A stretch of 64,000 nt of DNA from an uncultured Bacilli bacterium (GTDB taxonomy: Bacteria; Bacillota_I; Bacilli_A; RF39; UBA660). The notes under the pieces are model-generated. The model saw only the letters and a list, made by a program, of their open reading frames with translations. It was not told the DNA's origin and ran no database searches. Below, piece by piece: positions 52,560-62,429 of this stretch; the stretch's first letter is position 1; each line of letters begins with the position of its first letter. The stretch covers positions 69,579 through 133,578 of the forward strand of contig CAKONZ010000003.1 in NCBI GenBank assembly GCA_934098525.1, given 5' to 3'. The position numbers and the translations under genes were made by a program.

Positions 52560-55133
52560 ATGATAAAAGGATTGAATGAAAAAGAGGTTCTAATTAATAG
52601 AAAAAAATATGGTAGTAATGAACTTTCTAAACAGAAGAGTAAGAGTTTTTTTAAATTATTATTTGAAACTTTGGGAGATCCTATTATAAAAATATTATTA
52701 ATTGTGTTATTTATTAAAGTGACTTTGTTGTTTAAAAATTTTGATTGGTATGAAACTTTGGGAATTTTAATTGCTATATTTATGGCTAGTTTTATTTCTA
52801 CTATTTCTGAGTATGGAAATGAAAAAGCGTTTAAAAGATTACAAGAAAGTTCTTCTAAAATTAATTGTAAGGTGAAAAGAGATAATGTTATTAAAGAAGT
52901 TTCTATTGATGAAATAGTAATGAATGATATAGTTATTTTATCTAGTGGAGATAAAATTCCTGCAGATGGAGAATTGATTAGTGGGGAGTTAGTGGTTGAT
53001 GAATCTTCGCTTACTGGGGAGTCTAAAGAAATATATAAAAATAGTAGTAATAAGATGTTATATAGGGGATCAGTTGTTTATTCTAAAAGAGGGATAATGA
53101 GAGTTTTAAAAGTTGGTGATTCAACATATTATGGAAGAATTTCTAAAGAACTTCAAGAAGTTACTCAAGATTCTCCTTTAAAAGAACGATTGAGAGTTTT
53201 GGCAAAAACAATTAGTAAAATCGGATATTGTGGGGCTTTTTTAGGGGCTATATCATATTTGTTTTATAATATAGTTATTGCTAATGGATTTAATATTAAT
53301 TTGATTTTTAATACAATTACTAATTTTCAATTAATGAGTAATTATATAATTTATGCTATAACAATAGGGGTTACTATAATAATAGTGGCAGTACCAGAGG
53401 GGCTTCCAATGATGATAACTTTAGTTCTTGCTTCGAATATGAAGAGGATGTTGAAAAAAAATGTTTTAGTACGAAAAATGGTTGGAATAGAAACTGCAGG
53501 AAGTATGAATATGCTTTTTTTTGATAAAACTGGTACAATTACTAATGGAAATCCTGAAATGATTAAATTTATAGATGGGAATTTGAAAGAGTATGGTAAA
53601 AATAATATTAATAAGAGTTTGAATATAGATATAATAAGAAAATCATTGATTGTTAATAATGAGTCAAAATTTGATGGTAATAGTAATGTGGTTGGAGGAA
53701 ATCAGACTGATAAAGCTATACTTAAGTTTTTTAATAGTAAATATACTTATAATTGTAAAATAAAAGATGAAGTCATTTTTAATAGCGTTAATAAATATTC
53801 TTCTGTTTTAATAGAAGATGATGGAAAGAATCTATTGCTTGTTAAGGGAGCTTTTGAAAAGATATATCCTCTATGTATAAGTTATTTTAAAGATGGTAAA
53901 AAAAGATATTTACTTAATAAGATGAAAGTTAAAGAGTATATAGATAATTTGGTTGCTAATGGAAATAGAGTTTTGTGTGTTGCTGTTAATGATAATGGAA
54001 ATGATATGAATAATTTAATATTAGTGGGATTTGTAGTTATAAAAGATGAGGTTAGAAGTGATGCTAGAAAAACTATTGATACTTTAAATAGAGCAGGCAT
54101 AAAGCAAGTGATGATTACTGGTGATAATAAAAATACTGCTATTTCGATTGCAAAAGAGATAAATTTACTTAAAGAAAATGATGTTGTTTTAACTTCTGAT
54201 GAATTAAATAATATGAGTGAAGAAAGAATTAAACTTATTTTTCCATATATTAGAGTTGTAGCTAGAGCACTTCCTACTGATAAGAGTAAATTAGTTAAAA
54301 TAGCTCAAGAACTTAACTATGTTGTTGGTATGACAGGGGATGGTGTTAATGATGCTCCAGCTTTGAAAAAGGCTGATGTTGGTTTTGCTATAGGTTCTGG
54401 AACAGAGGTGTCAAAAGAAGCTAGTGATATAGTTATTTTAGATGATAATATTTCTTCAATTTCTTCGGCTGTTTTATTTGGTAGAACTATTTTTAAGAGT
54501 ATTAGAAAGTTTATAGTTTTTCAACTTACTTTGAATATATGTGCTGTTTTGGTTTCTATAATTGGACCTTTTTTAGGGGTGGATACACCAGTAACCGTTA
54601 TGCAAATGTTATGGATTAATATGATTATGGATACTTTAGCTGGGTTAGCTTTTTCTTATGAACCGCCTTTAAAGGAATATATGAAAGAGTTACCAAAGGA
54701 TAAAAGTGAAAGAATAATTAATAAATATATGAAAAATGAAATTATTGTTGCAGGGTGTTATTCAGCTGTTTTATCACTTTTATTTTTAAAGCTACCATTT
54801 ATTAAGAATTTTTTTAGACCTTCGTATAATGATGAGTATTTATTAACTGCTTTTTTTGGGTTTTTAATATTTATAGGAATATTTAATAGTTTTAATGCTA
54901 GAACTAGTAGAATAAATTTGTTTGCTAATATACTTAAAAACAAAGTATTTCTTATTACATTTTTGATAATTATATTGGTTCAAATATATTTGATTTATTT
55001 TGGTGGCGCTACTTTTAGAACTTATGGTTTGACTTTTAAAGAATTACAAATAATGTTATTACTTGCTTTTTCAATAATACCTGTTGATATAATTAGAAAG
55101 ATTATGTTTAAAACTAATAGACATAGTTTATAA
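52560..55133 (+). CDS. P-type ATPase, Ca2+-transporting (P2 type)
   Basis: TGES, DKTGTIT phosphorylation site, MTGDGVNDAPALKKADVG hinge; ATG 52560 after AAGGTGA. Confidence 0.85.
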   Translation: MIKGLNEKEVLINRKKYGSNELSKQKSKSFFKLLFETLGDPIIKILLIVLFIKVTLLFKNFDWYETLGILIAIFMASFISTISEYGNEKAFKRLQESSSKINCKVKRDNVIKEVSIDEIVMNDIVILSSGDKIPADGELISGELVVDESSLTGESKEIYKNSSNKMLYRGSVVYSKRGIMRVLKVGDSTYYGRISKELQEVTQDSPLKERLRVLAKTISKIGYCGAFLGAISYLFYNIVIANGFNINLIFNTITNFQLMSNYIIYAITIGVTIIIVAVPEGLPMMITLVLASNMKRMLKKNVLVRKMVGIETAGSMNMLFFDKTGTITNGNPEMIKFIDGNLKEYGKNNINKSLNIDIIRKSLIVNNESKFDGNSNVVGGNQTDKAILKFFNSKYTYNCKIKDEVIFNSVNKYSSVLIEDDGKNLLLVKGAFEKIYPLCISYFKDGKKRYLLNKMKVKEYIDNLVANGNRVLCVAVNDNGNDMNNLILVGFVVIKDEVRSDARKTIDTLNRAGIKQVMITGDNKNTAISIAKEINLLKENDVVLTSDELNNMSEERIKLIFPYIRVVARALPTDKSKLVKIAQELNYVVGMTGDGVNDAPALKKADVGFAIGSGTEVSKEASDIVILDDNISSISSAVLFGRTIFKSIRKFIVFQLTLNICAVLVSIIGPFLGVDTPVTVMQMLWINMIMDTLAGLAFSYEPPLKEYMKELPKDKSERIINKYMKNEIIVAGCYSAVLSLLFLKLPFIKNFFRPSYNDEYLLTAFFGFLIFIGIFNSFNARTSRINLFANILKNKVFLITFLIIILVQIYLIYFGGATFRTYGLTFKELQIMLLLAFSIIPVDIIRKIMFKTNRHSL

Positions 55134-55405
55134 AAGAGTTAGTTAAATATCCAAATGTAAATTGGATTAAATTATTGATATTTAAAGACATAATGCAATT
55201 TATGCCTTTCTTTTTTTATAAAAATATTTATAATATGTATTGAAAAATAAACTTTATTGTACTATGAAAACAAGATGACATTTTGATTTTTAAATTAATG
55301 TAACTTTTAAAGCATTTGGATTCATTGTATCTTTAAAAAGATTAATGGTAAGTAAGGAATTAAGAGCTGATATATATATAAAGATAGAAAGGTAGTGTGT
55401 TATTT

Positions 55406-56281
55406 ATGAACAAAGAAAAAATAGAAAATATATTCAAAAGGAAAAAAATTGCAATTAAAGAATTAAATAGTGCAACTAATTCCTTTAGTTCAAATGTATA
55501 TATAATCACTTCAACAACTGGAAAAAAATATGTGCTTAAATTTTGCAATAAAGAAAAAAAGGTGATTAATGAAGGCAAATATATGAATTATTTAAAATCA
55601 TATCTTCCTGTTTCTGATGTGATAGAAACTGGTGTATGCGATGAAAAATATTACATTATCCAGAGCTTTTTTGAAGGTAATAATGTTTATGATGAAAAAG
55701 CAAATGAGTTAAATGACGAACAAATTAGAAATATTGGAATTTTATTAGCCAAATTACATTCTTGTAAATTGTTAGATGAAGATAATGATTCGTGGTTAAA
55801 ATATTTAAATGATTCTCTTGATAAAACAGTAGATACATTGGAAAAAATTTTGGGGAAAGAAGAAAACAAAAAGATAAGTAAATTTTTAAGAAAATACATA
55901 AAACAAAATTTAGTAAATAATTATAAAAACTCTATTTTGCATATGGATTTTAGAATTGGTAATTTAATGTTTGGAAAAGAAAATGAAATTGGATTAATTG
56001 ATTTAGAAGGTATGAAAAACGGAGAATATGTTTTTGATTTTGTTAAAATGAATCGACTTTTTAATAATGATAAATTTGAAATATTTTTGAGTGGATATGA
56101 TAGTGTAAAAACAAGAGAAGATAATTTTGATGAGAGATTAAATTTTTATAGTTTGTTTGATTCTTATACTTCTTTATGGTGGTGTGCTTCCAGAAATCGA
56201 TTAGATACTGATTTTTATAAATTAAATTATAATATCGTTATTAAATATTTAGAAAGGTTAAATAAAACGGGGAATATTTAA
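55406..56281 (+). CDS. Phosphotransferase enzyme family protein (APH/choline-kinase-like)
   Basis: Brenner motif HMDFRIGNLMF and IDLEGM; N-terminal lysine-containing nucleotide-binding region. Confidence 0.6.
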   Translation: MNKEKIENIFKRKKIAIKELNSATNSFSSNVYIITSTTGKKYVLKFCNKEKKVINEGKYMNYLKSYLPVSDVIETGVCDEKYYIIQSFFEGNNVYDEKANELNDEQIRNIGILLAKLHSCKLLDEDNDSWLKYLNDSLDKTVDTLEKILGKEENKKISKFLRKYIKQNLVNNYKNSILHMDFRIGNLMFGKENEIGLIDLEGMKNGEYVFDFVKMNRLFNNDKFEIFLSGYDSVKTREDNFDERLNFYSLFDSYTSLWWCASRNRLDTDFYKLNYNIVIKYLERLNKTGNI

Positions 56282-56292
56282 GTAATATAAAG

Positions 56293-56433
56293 AATTTAAT
56301 ATTAGTGGAATTTGTAGTTATAAAAGATGTTGTTAAAAGTGATACTAGAAAAACTATTACTTTTTTTTTAATAATACCTGTTGATATAATTAGAAAGATT
56401 ATGTTTAAAACTAATAGACATAGTTTATAAAAG
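56293..56433 (+). pseudogene. Decayed internally deleted duplicate of the P-type ATPase 3' region
   Basis: 56293-56358 ~90% identical to 54012-54077; 56370-56433 identical to 55083-55146. Confidence 0.7.
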
Positions 56434-56484
56434 TATTGCATTTTAATAAGTTTTAATATATAATATCTTGCACGAGGTGATTTT

Positions 56485-56973
56485 ATGTATAATTATACTT
56501 GCGTACCATCTTTACTTAACTCTGGTTATACTGATAATAATAGCGATGTTTTGGCTTATGATATTTTAGTTTTGGATGAGAGAGATTCATATGATTCTTC
56601 TTATCTTGGAGCTGATGGTCATGTTTTAGGAAAAATAGTTATTTATAGTAATGATATTGTTAAAATAATGCCTTCATACGCTAATGATGATAAGAATGAG
56701 ATTAGAAAGAAAGAATTATTACTTTTATTTGCTTCTTTAGTTCCTAGATCAAAAATGAAGATTGTTAAAGATGGTAATGATTTGGTTTTAAATTCAGTTA
56801 ACTCATATATCAAGTTTTCTTGTATTTATGATAAGATTAAGTTTTCTTCTGCTATAGATGATATTGAAATTTTTAGAGTAGAAGATCAAAGAAGAGAAAA
56901 TGAGTATGTTTTAAAGTCTGCTATGTATGAAAGAAAAAGAACTATAAAAAAAGAAAGGGAAAATGAAAATTAA
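56485..56973 (+). CDS. Hypothetical protein (162 aa)
   Basis: ORF with no recognisable motif. Confidence 0.4.
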   Translation: MYNYTCVPSLLNSGYTDNNSDVLAYDILVLDERDSYDSSYLGADGHVLGKIVIYSNDIVKIMPSYANDDKNEIRKKELLLLFASLVPRSKMKIVKDGNDLVLNSVNSYIKFSCIYDKIKFSSAIDDIEIFRVEDQRRENEYVLKSAMYERKRTIKKERENEN

Positions 56974-58052
56974 TCATTTTCTCTTTCCTTTTTTTCTATT
57001 ATAAGTTTATTATTTAATAATCTTTTATTTTTTGGATTTATTAATATAGCTTTTTCTATCCATTTTTTTGCTTCTTTAATGTTATTTCTATAATACTCTG
57101 AAATTGATAATAAATCATATATAGTTTCATCCCAACAAAAAGGTTCATTTATATATGTTTTTTTATGTTCTTTTATTCTTAAGGCTCTTGTACAACAATT
57201 ATATACTTCTTCCCAGTTTTTTAATTGATATTCAAGTATAGCTTTTTCTACATAGGGTTCTCTTAAATATGGAGCTTCTTTTATTGCTTTTTCTAACCAC
57301 ATTTTTGCTTCTTCATAGCGATTTAAATTTATGTAACATCTTGATATGTATCTCATTGAGGCACATCTTTCATCTTTCCATGTTGCTTTGGGTAAGCTTA
57401 AATGTTTTATTAATGTGTCAATAGCCTCATTATATTTTTTGTAGTACATGTATTCTCTACCTAAATAATGGATGTTTCTATCATTATTAGGATTTTCTTT
57501 TACTGATAATTCTAGGAGTGGGAGATATGATGAACGTGATTTATTTGGATCTGGGTAGTGATTTAATATAATATTTTCATTTTTTATGATGTTTTCATTT
57601 TCTTTGGTTGTTAGTACTTCGTGTACTGGATATATCCATTTATATCCTAGACTATGTATTTTTTCATAGTAAAATGTTATTTGAGGGTTGTTATTTTTAT
57701 CTAGACTCCAATTATATATGTATTGACATTTGTTTGTATTTTTTTGCCATACTTTTTCTAACTCTTTTCTCCAACCTTTATTAAAAATTTCATCTAAATC
57801 TGTACATACACATATGTCTGTATCTTTAGGTAATAGTTTTAATGATTCATTTCTTGCTTTGTCAAAACGCCAGGGATTTATTTCTTTGATTTTAACATTA
57901 ACGTTTAAATCTTTTAATAGTTTTACTGTGTTATCAGTTGATCCTGTGTCTAGTACATATATTTCATCTGCTTCTTTCATTGATTCCACCCAACGTGTTA
58001 CAAATTTTTCTTCATTTTTACATATTGCGTATACGCAAACTTTATATTTCAT
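56970..58052 (-). CDS. GT2-family glycosyltransferase with C-terminal TPR repeats
   Basis: N-terminal AICKNEEKFV...VLDTGSTDNT...DxD(CTDLDE) GT2 motifs; TPR-like C-terminal helices; RBS overlaps upstream collagen-like gene stop. Confidence 0.7.
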   Translation of the reverse strand: MKYKVCVYAICKNEEKFVTRWVESMKEADEIYVLDTGSTDNTVKLLKDLNVNVKIKEINPWRFDKARNESLKLLPKDTDICVCTDLDEIFNKGWRKELEKVWQKNTNKCQYIYNWSLDKNNNPQITFYYEKIHSLGYKWIYPVHEVLTTKENENIIKNENIILNHYPDPNKSRSSYLPLLELSVKENPNNDRNIHYLGREYMYYKKYNEAIDTLIKHLSLPKATWKDERCASMRYISRCYINLNRYEEAKMWLEKAIKEAPYLREPYVEKAILEYQLKNWEEVYNCCTRALRIKEHKKTYINEPFCWDETIYDLLSISEYYRNNIKEAKKWIEKAILINPKNKRLLNNKLIIEKKEREND

Positions 58053-58060
58053 TATCTACC

Positions 58061-59001
58061 TTATCTTCCTAAATAATCTATTGTGATTGTAACAAGTGAG
58101 TTTGTGAAGTATGAACTAGATTCTATATTATTAATATCAGGTGTATTTAGATAAACTATTTCTGGACTTAAATTTACTAATTCATAAGCATTTGATATAT
58201 CATTTACAGATATTATACCGCTTGCTACAATTTGTTTTGTTTGTTTATCATATATCCATTCACTAGCTCCAATATAAATATTATCTGTTCCTACTAATCT
58301 AAACCCTAAAGCTACAAAATTTTTGTTTGGATCAAAAGTTGTAGATTCACCATTAGTATGAGCTGATACAATAAAACTTACTTTGTAATATCCAATTGTA
58401 TTAAACTGAATGGTTTTTTCATTAGTATCTAATGTTACAATTCCAGTTATGTCTAATTCCTTTCTGTTTATTGGTAATCTTTCATCTTGTGGTATTGGAA
58501 TTCCTTGTTCTGATTCATTTGCGTTAAATGTTACTAAATATGCAGATCTGTTAAGTATTGGTCCAGTAGGCCCGGTTGGTCCGGTTGGTCCAGTTGGTCC
58601 TATTTCACCTTGTTCTCCTGTTAAACCAATTGGTCCTTGTAAACCTTGATCACCTTTTGGACCTTTTATTTCTCCTACGCTTGTCCAATTGTTATCTTTT
58701 TCGTTCCATACATATAGTTCTGTTCCTACAAGATATGAATCTCCTACATTTCCAGTTTGATGATCATTAGTTAAATCTTGATAAGTATCATATTTTCCTA
58801 GTATGGTAACACTTGTTCCATCATTACCTTTTGGTATTATAAAATCTAATATATGATTATTACCTGTTTTTGTCTCTATTACTTGGGCTTCTGTTCCTGG
58901 GTTACCTGTTGCTGTTGTTCTTATTGTGATTGTATCTGCTGCACCAGTAGGTCCTGCTGGCCCAGTTGGTCCAGTAGGCCCGGTAGGTCCGGTCTGTGCA
59001 T
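58061..59001 (-). CDS. Collagen-like (GPT)n protein with BclA-like C-terminal domain; open frame 59014..58061 has no ATG/GTG/TTG, and the only nearby ATG (59001) is in another frame
   Basis: Hand translation: YAQTGPTGPTGPTGPAGPTG... second GxY run GPKGDQGLQGPIGLTGEQGEIGPTGPTGPTGPTGP, then ~190-aa C-terminal domain with FNTIGYYKVSFIVSAHT resembling BclA C-terminal jelly-roll. Confidence 0.55.
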
Positions 59002-59065
59002 AACTAAATTTCTTCTAAATAGAGTAATCGTAAATATAACCCCATATTCCTTTATAAATACATTA

Positions 59066-59094
59066 AAAATAACCTTTTCTGAAAAGGTTATTTT
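59066..59094 (-). terminator. Strong hairpin terminator separating the upstream four-gene block from the collagen-like gene
   Basis: AATAACCTTTT-CAG-AAAAGGTTATT perfect stem flanked by A/T runs. Confidence 0.65.
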
Positions 59095-59287
59095 ATTTTA
59101 ATTAATACAATATTTCATTTTTCATATATTTTTTTATTTTCATAATCTTGTTTTAATTCTTCTGACAATTTTTATTTTAGATTAATTGTATTTTTTAATT
59201 TCTACATATTATTTTATATTTTTTTGTATCGGTAATTTAATATTATCAATTATCATCTTTTAATCTATCATCGTATCAAAATTAGTA

Positions 59288-60337
59288 TTATGTTTCTCTT
59301 TGCGAAACATAATGTTCTGTTAATGATATTTGTATTATCTTGTTATCTTCAGAGTAAATTGTTGCTTCTATGTTTTCTTTTACAAATTTAAAATCTAAAT
59401 CTTTATCAGTGATAAATCCATAGCTTAATAATTTTTTACTTGCATTGTGTTTATCATCATTTATTTTCACTGTATAAAAAGAATTAACATTATTTTTTTC
59501 TAAAATAGTAATTACATCTAACTTTGGTAATGTACTGCCTAGAAAATTACTAGAAAAAGATAATTGAAGAAACTCATTAGAATAGCACTTATTATTAAAA
59601 CCAAAATCAAATGTATTAACTTCTTTAAAATTATCTTTAGTTAATTGCTTTAATGAATCCTCATCTAAACTCATTCCTAATTTGTATTTAAAATTGTCAT
59701 TCATTATATCTTCAAATTTCGAAGAATTAATAAACGAATTACTTAAAATACTTATTAAGTGGTATACATAAGAGTAATCATTTAAATCAAAAGTCAAATA
59801 ATTTAATGTATTATTAAAATAATTTAAATTCAAAGATGGGAATTTTTTAATTAAACTTATAACTCGTTCCTTATTGCTTAAATAATCTTCCATAATATTT
59901 TCATCTACATAAGGTTTTTCAAATTCACCACAAGTTAAAATAATTCTATATAAGTTTTTTGCGTCCAATACTATCTTAGTATTTGGCTCTTTAATATTTA
60001 AATATTTTTTTACACTATTTTCTATTTCTGCTAAAAATAATTTATTGGAATTTACATATATTATCTCATCATTTGTATCAGAATTAATATAAGGGACATC
60101 GATTCCATTAATATTTAAAGTGTTTGAGTAATTGCCATTAAAGTAAAAATTGCTATAAAGAGCTTTAATTATTGCATCTAGTATTTGTTTTGAATATTTA
60201 TGATCTTTGTATAGTATCATCTGATCTCTTAAATATTTTTTATTTTCTTCTATATCATTAGTCAATTTAGACAAAATCTCTTTTATAATTTCCTCACACT
60301 CTATATTATATTCTTTTTTTTGATTTGCTTCATTCAT
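59288..60337 (-). CDS. Hypothetical protein (349 aa)
   Basis: ORF; acidic, no motif recognised. Confidence 0.45.
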   Translation of the reverse strand: MNEANQKKEYNIECEEIIKEILSKLTNDIEENKKYLRDQMILYKDHKYSKQILDAIIKALYSNFYFNGNYSNTLNINGIDVPYINSDTNDEIIYVNSNKLFLAEIENSVKKYLNIKEPNTKIVLDAKNLYRIILTCGEFEKPYVDENIMEDYLSNKERVISLIKKFPSLNLNYFNNTLNYLTFDLNDYSYVYHLISILSNSFINSSKFEDIMNDNFKYKLGMSLDEDSLKQLTKDNFKEVNTFDFGFNNKCYSNEFLQLSFSSNFLGSTLPKLDVITILEKNNVNSFYTVKINDDKHNASKKLLSYGFITDKDLDFKFVKENIEATIYSEDNKIIQISLTEHYVSQRET

Positions 60338-60412
60338 AAAATATACTATTTCTCCTTTGAAATTAAATTAGTTCTAAAATACATTTTTACAATTATTATA
60401 AATTTATTTTTG

Positions 60413-61453
60413 CTATCTTCTTATGCCACCAGTAGTTTGTTGTTGAGTAGATTCATATTCCATATTTTGAATTTGTTGTACTGCATTCATAAAATCCTGT
60501 TGTAATTTAGGCGTTGTTAAGTAAGCTGATACTTTTTGGTAATTATTGATAATATAATTAGGATCATTGTTGGCAATGAAGTTAGCAGCCAACTCCCTTT
60601 CAATTTTATTAATTAAATCTCCTTGTATTTGTAAATTTCCAGAAAATTGTTGTCCATTTTGCATAATAATATTTTGTGGATTTCCTTGTAATTGACTTCC
60701 ATAACCGGCTATTAATAATTTATCAATGGAATATATTTTCTCAAGTTCAAGCATAAAATCTTCAAACTTTCCTTCATTGCCTGGGAAGACTTCATACATA
60801 GCTTTTAATTGTTCTCGTCCATCTTTTCTGTATCCCAGTGCCAATAATTGATTTAATGGTATTCCCAAAGAAGAAGATAACAACATTAATATATTGCCAT
60901 TTAATTGATATTCAGATAATGGACTGTATGGTGTGTGTTCAGAATGACCTCTAACAGTGTTCGGTTGTTGTCTGTATTGTATGTTTGTACCATTAGATAC
61001 GTGATATAAAATCTCAGCTGTAAATTGTGTTGCACCCTCTGTTAAAAACATACCAGTTTTACCATTATAAAAGGAACACTCTTCGTGATCTTCAACCATT
61101 CTAGTTTGTAAGGCGTGAGTTAATTCGTGAAAAAAATAGAGTTTATTTGTTTCATAATCCATATTTAAATTCATTTCAATTCTATCTTCATTAGTTCTAC
61201 CGTGAATTCCTCCCAAATTTGTTTCATTAACTGTTTTCAGTAGCTGTGGCAATGATTTAGCTACTTCAACAGGATCAAGATATAATCCGCCTTCATAATC
61301 AAGTTGGCCTATAGAGTCAATATAATCTGCTATTAAAACAAAATACTTGTCTGGAATGTTATGTGGTGTATTTCTATATTGCATTTTTATCGAATCAACT
61401 AATCCGCTGTTAATTAATTCTTGTTCTCTTTCTATTCTATTCATAAAATTCAC
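60413..61453 (-). CDS. HExxH-motif protein (putative zinc metallopeptidase-like) with Q/N-rich C-terminus
   Basis: FFHELTHALQ at 61115-61129, downstream Glu-rich EDHEE and EGATQFTAE; no signal peptide. Confidence 0.45.
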   Translation of the reverse strand: MNFMNRIEREQELINSGLVDSIKMQYRNTPHNIPDKYFVLIADYIDSIGQLDYEGGLYLDPVEVAKSLPQLLKTVNETNLGGIHGRTNEDRIEMNLNMDYETNKLYFFHELTHALQTRMVEDHEECSFYNGKTGMFLTEGATQFTAEILYHVSNGTNIQYRQQPNTVRGHSEHTPYSPLSEYQLNGNILMLLSSSLGIPLNQLLALGYRKDGREQLKAMYEVFPGNEGKFEDFMLELEKIYSIDKLLIAGYGSQLQGNPQNIIMQNGQQFSGNLQIQGDLINKIERELAANFIANNDPNYIINNYQKVSAYLTTPKLQQDFMNAVQQIQNMEYESTQQQTTGGIRR

Positions 61454-61487
61454 CTCTCAAAATTTATAGATATTTTTGTTTATAATT

Positions 61488-62429
61488 TTATAAAAATAAA
61501 ACTATAATAGAAAATACAATTAATATAATTATTTCTGGTAAAATAAATTTTTTGTATTTATTGTAATAAGAAATAATTTTTTCTCTGTTTTTTAAATTAT
61601 CAACATTTTTTCCTATTAAAATTTCGCTTGTTTGTTTGTATTGTTCTACATCATCTTTATAAATACTTTGATAATTTTTATCATCATAACCAGCGTATAC
61701 TTTTTCTGGAATTATATTAGAATATAGTCCATCTAATATTGAACTTCCAATCAACGTTCCTAATAGGTAAGATATTAATAATACAACAATGGGGAATGCT
61801 ATATATGTTGATGAAAACATCATTCTAATAGTGGGGACAAATAAACATAAAATACAAATTATAATTGCTGGAATAAATGCGATTGTAAATCCAACTATAT
61901 TTTTAATTTTACTTCTGTTTTTTATGGTTGAATCGTATCTTACAGGTGCGTTTAGTATTTTTGATTTTATTAATTCATAAACATCGTCAATTTTTTTATA
62001 ATTGCTATTTAATGATATTTCTATATCTGCTTTTCCTTCAAAAATCCACATATTAATGTTTTCTCTAAAATAATCTTCACCATTTCCAATTTTTTTAATA
62101 CTATATGATACTCCAAAGAAAACATATATCCTTTTTATTTCTTCTAATCTTTGATAATAAATAGAAATAAAATTATTATAATTATCAAATTTTATGGTAG
62201 TATCATCATAGAAATCAACTTCAAATGTTAAAGTGCTTCCCTCATCTTTATAGTCCCAATTTCTATCAGACCATTCTAATATAGAATTTTTTCTTTCCTG
62301 TATCTCTGATGTTTTCTTATATTCTAAAATTTTTTCTTGCATCTTAGAGAAAATATCAAACAAGTCCTCCGATTTAATTATTTTATTTGCGACTTTTATG
62401 GTATCGTTATACATTTTTTTCATCTCCAT
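61488..62429 (-). CDS. Hypothetical membrane protein (313 aa; soluble N-terminal domain plus 3-4 TM helices)
   Basis: Hydrophobic segments in the C-terminal half. Confidence 0.45.
   Translation of the reverse strand: MEMKKMYNDTIKVANKIIKSEDLFDIFSKMQEKILEYKKTSEIQERKNSILEWSDRNWDYKDEGSTLTFEVDFYDDTTIKFDNYNNFISIYYQRLEEIKRIYVFFGVSYSIKKIGNGEDYFRENINMWIFEGKADIEISLNSNYKKIDDVYELIKSKILNAPVRYDSTIKNRSKIKNIVGFTIAFIPAIIICILCLFVPTIRMMFSSTYIAFPIVVLLISYLLGTLIGSSILDGLYSNIIPEKVYAGYDDKNYQSIYKDDVEQYKQTSEILIGKNVDNLKNREKIISYYNKYKKFILPEIIILIVFSIIVLFL

Noticed and set aside
58562-58995. Short tandem GGTCCNGTNGG repeats as a possible CRISPR or VNTR locus
   Set aside because: They are in-frame GPT collagen codons inside a coding region. 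There is no spacer/repeat architecture and no cas genes.
58410-59101. Plus-strand ORFs 58410-58649, 58576-58770 and 58853-59101 (Pro/Val/Cys-rich)
   Set aside because: They are antisense shadows of the collagen-like gene. The GGTCCN repeats complement the GPT codons.
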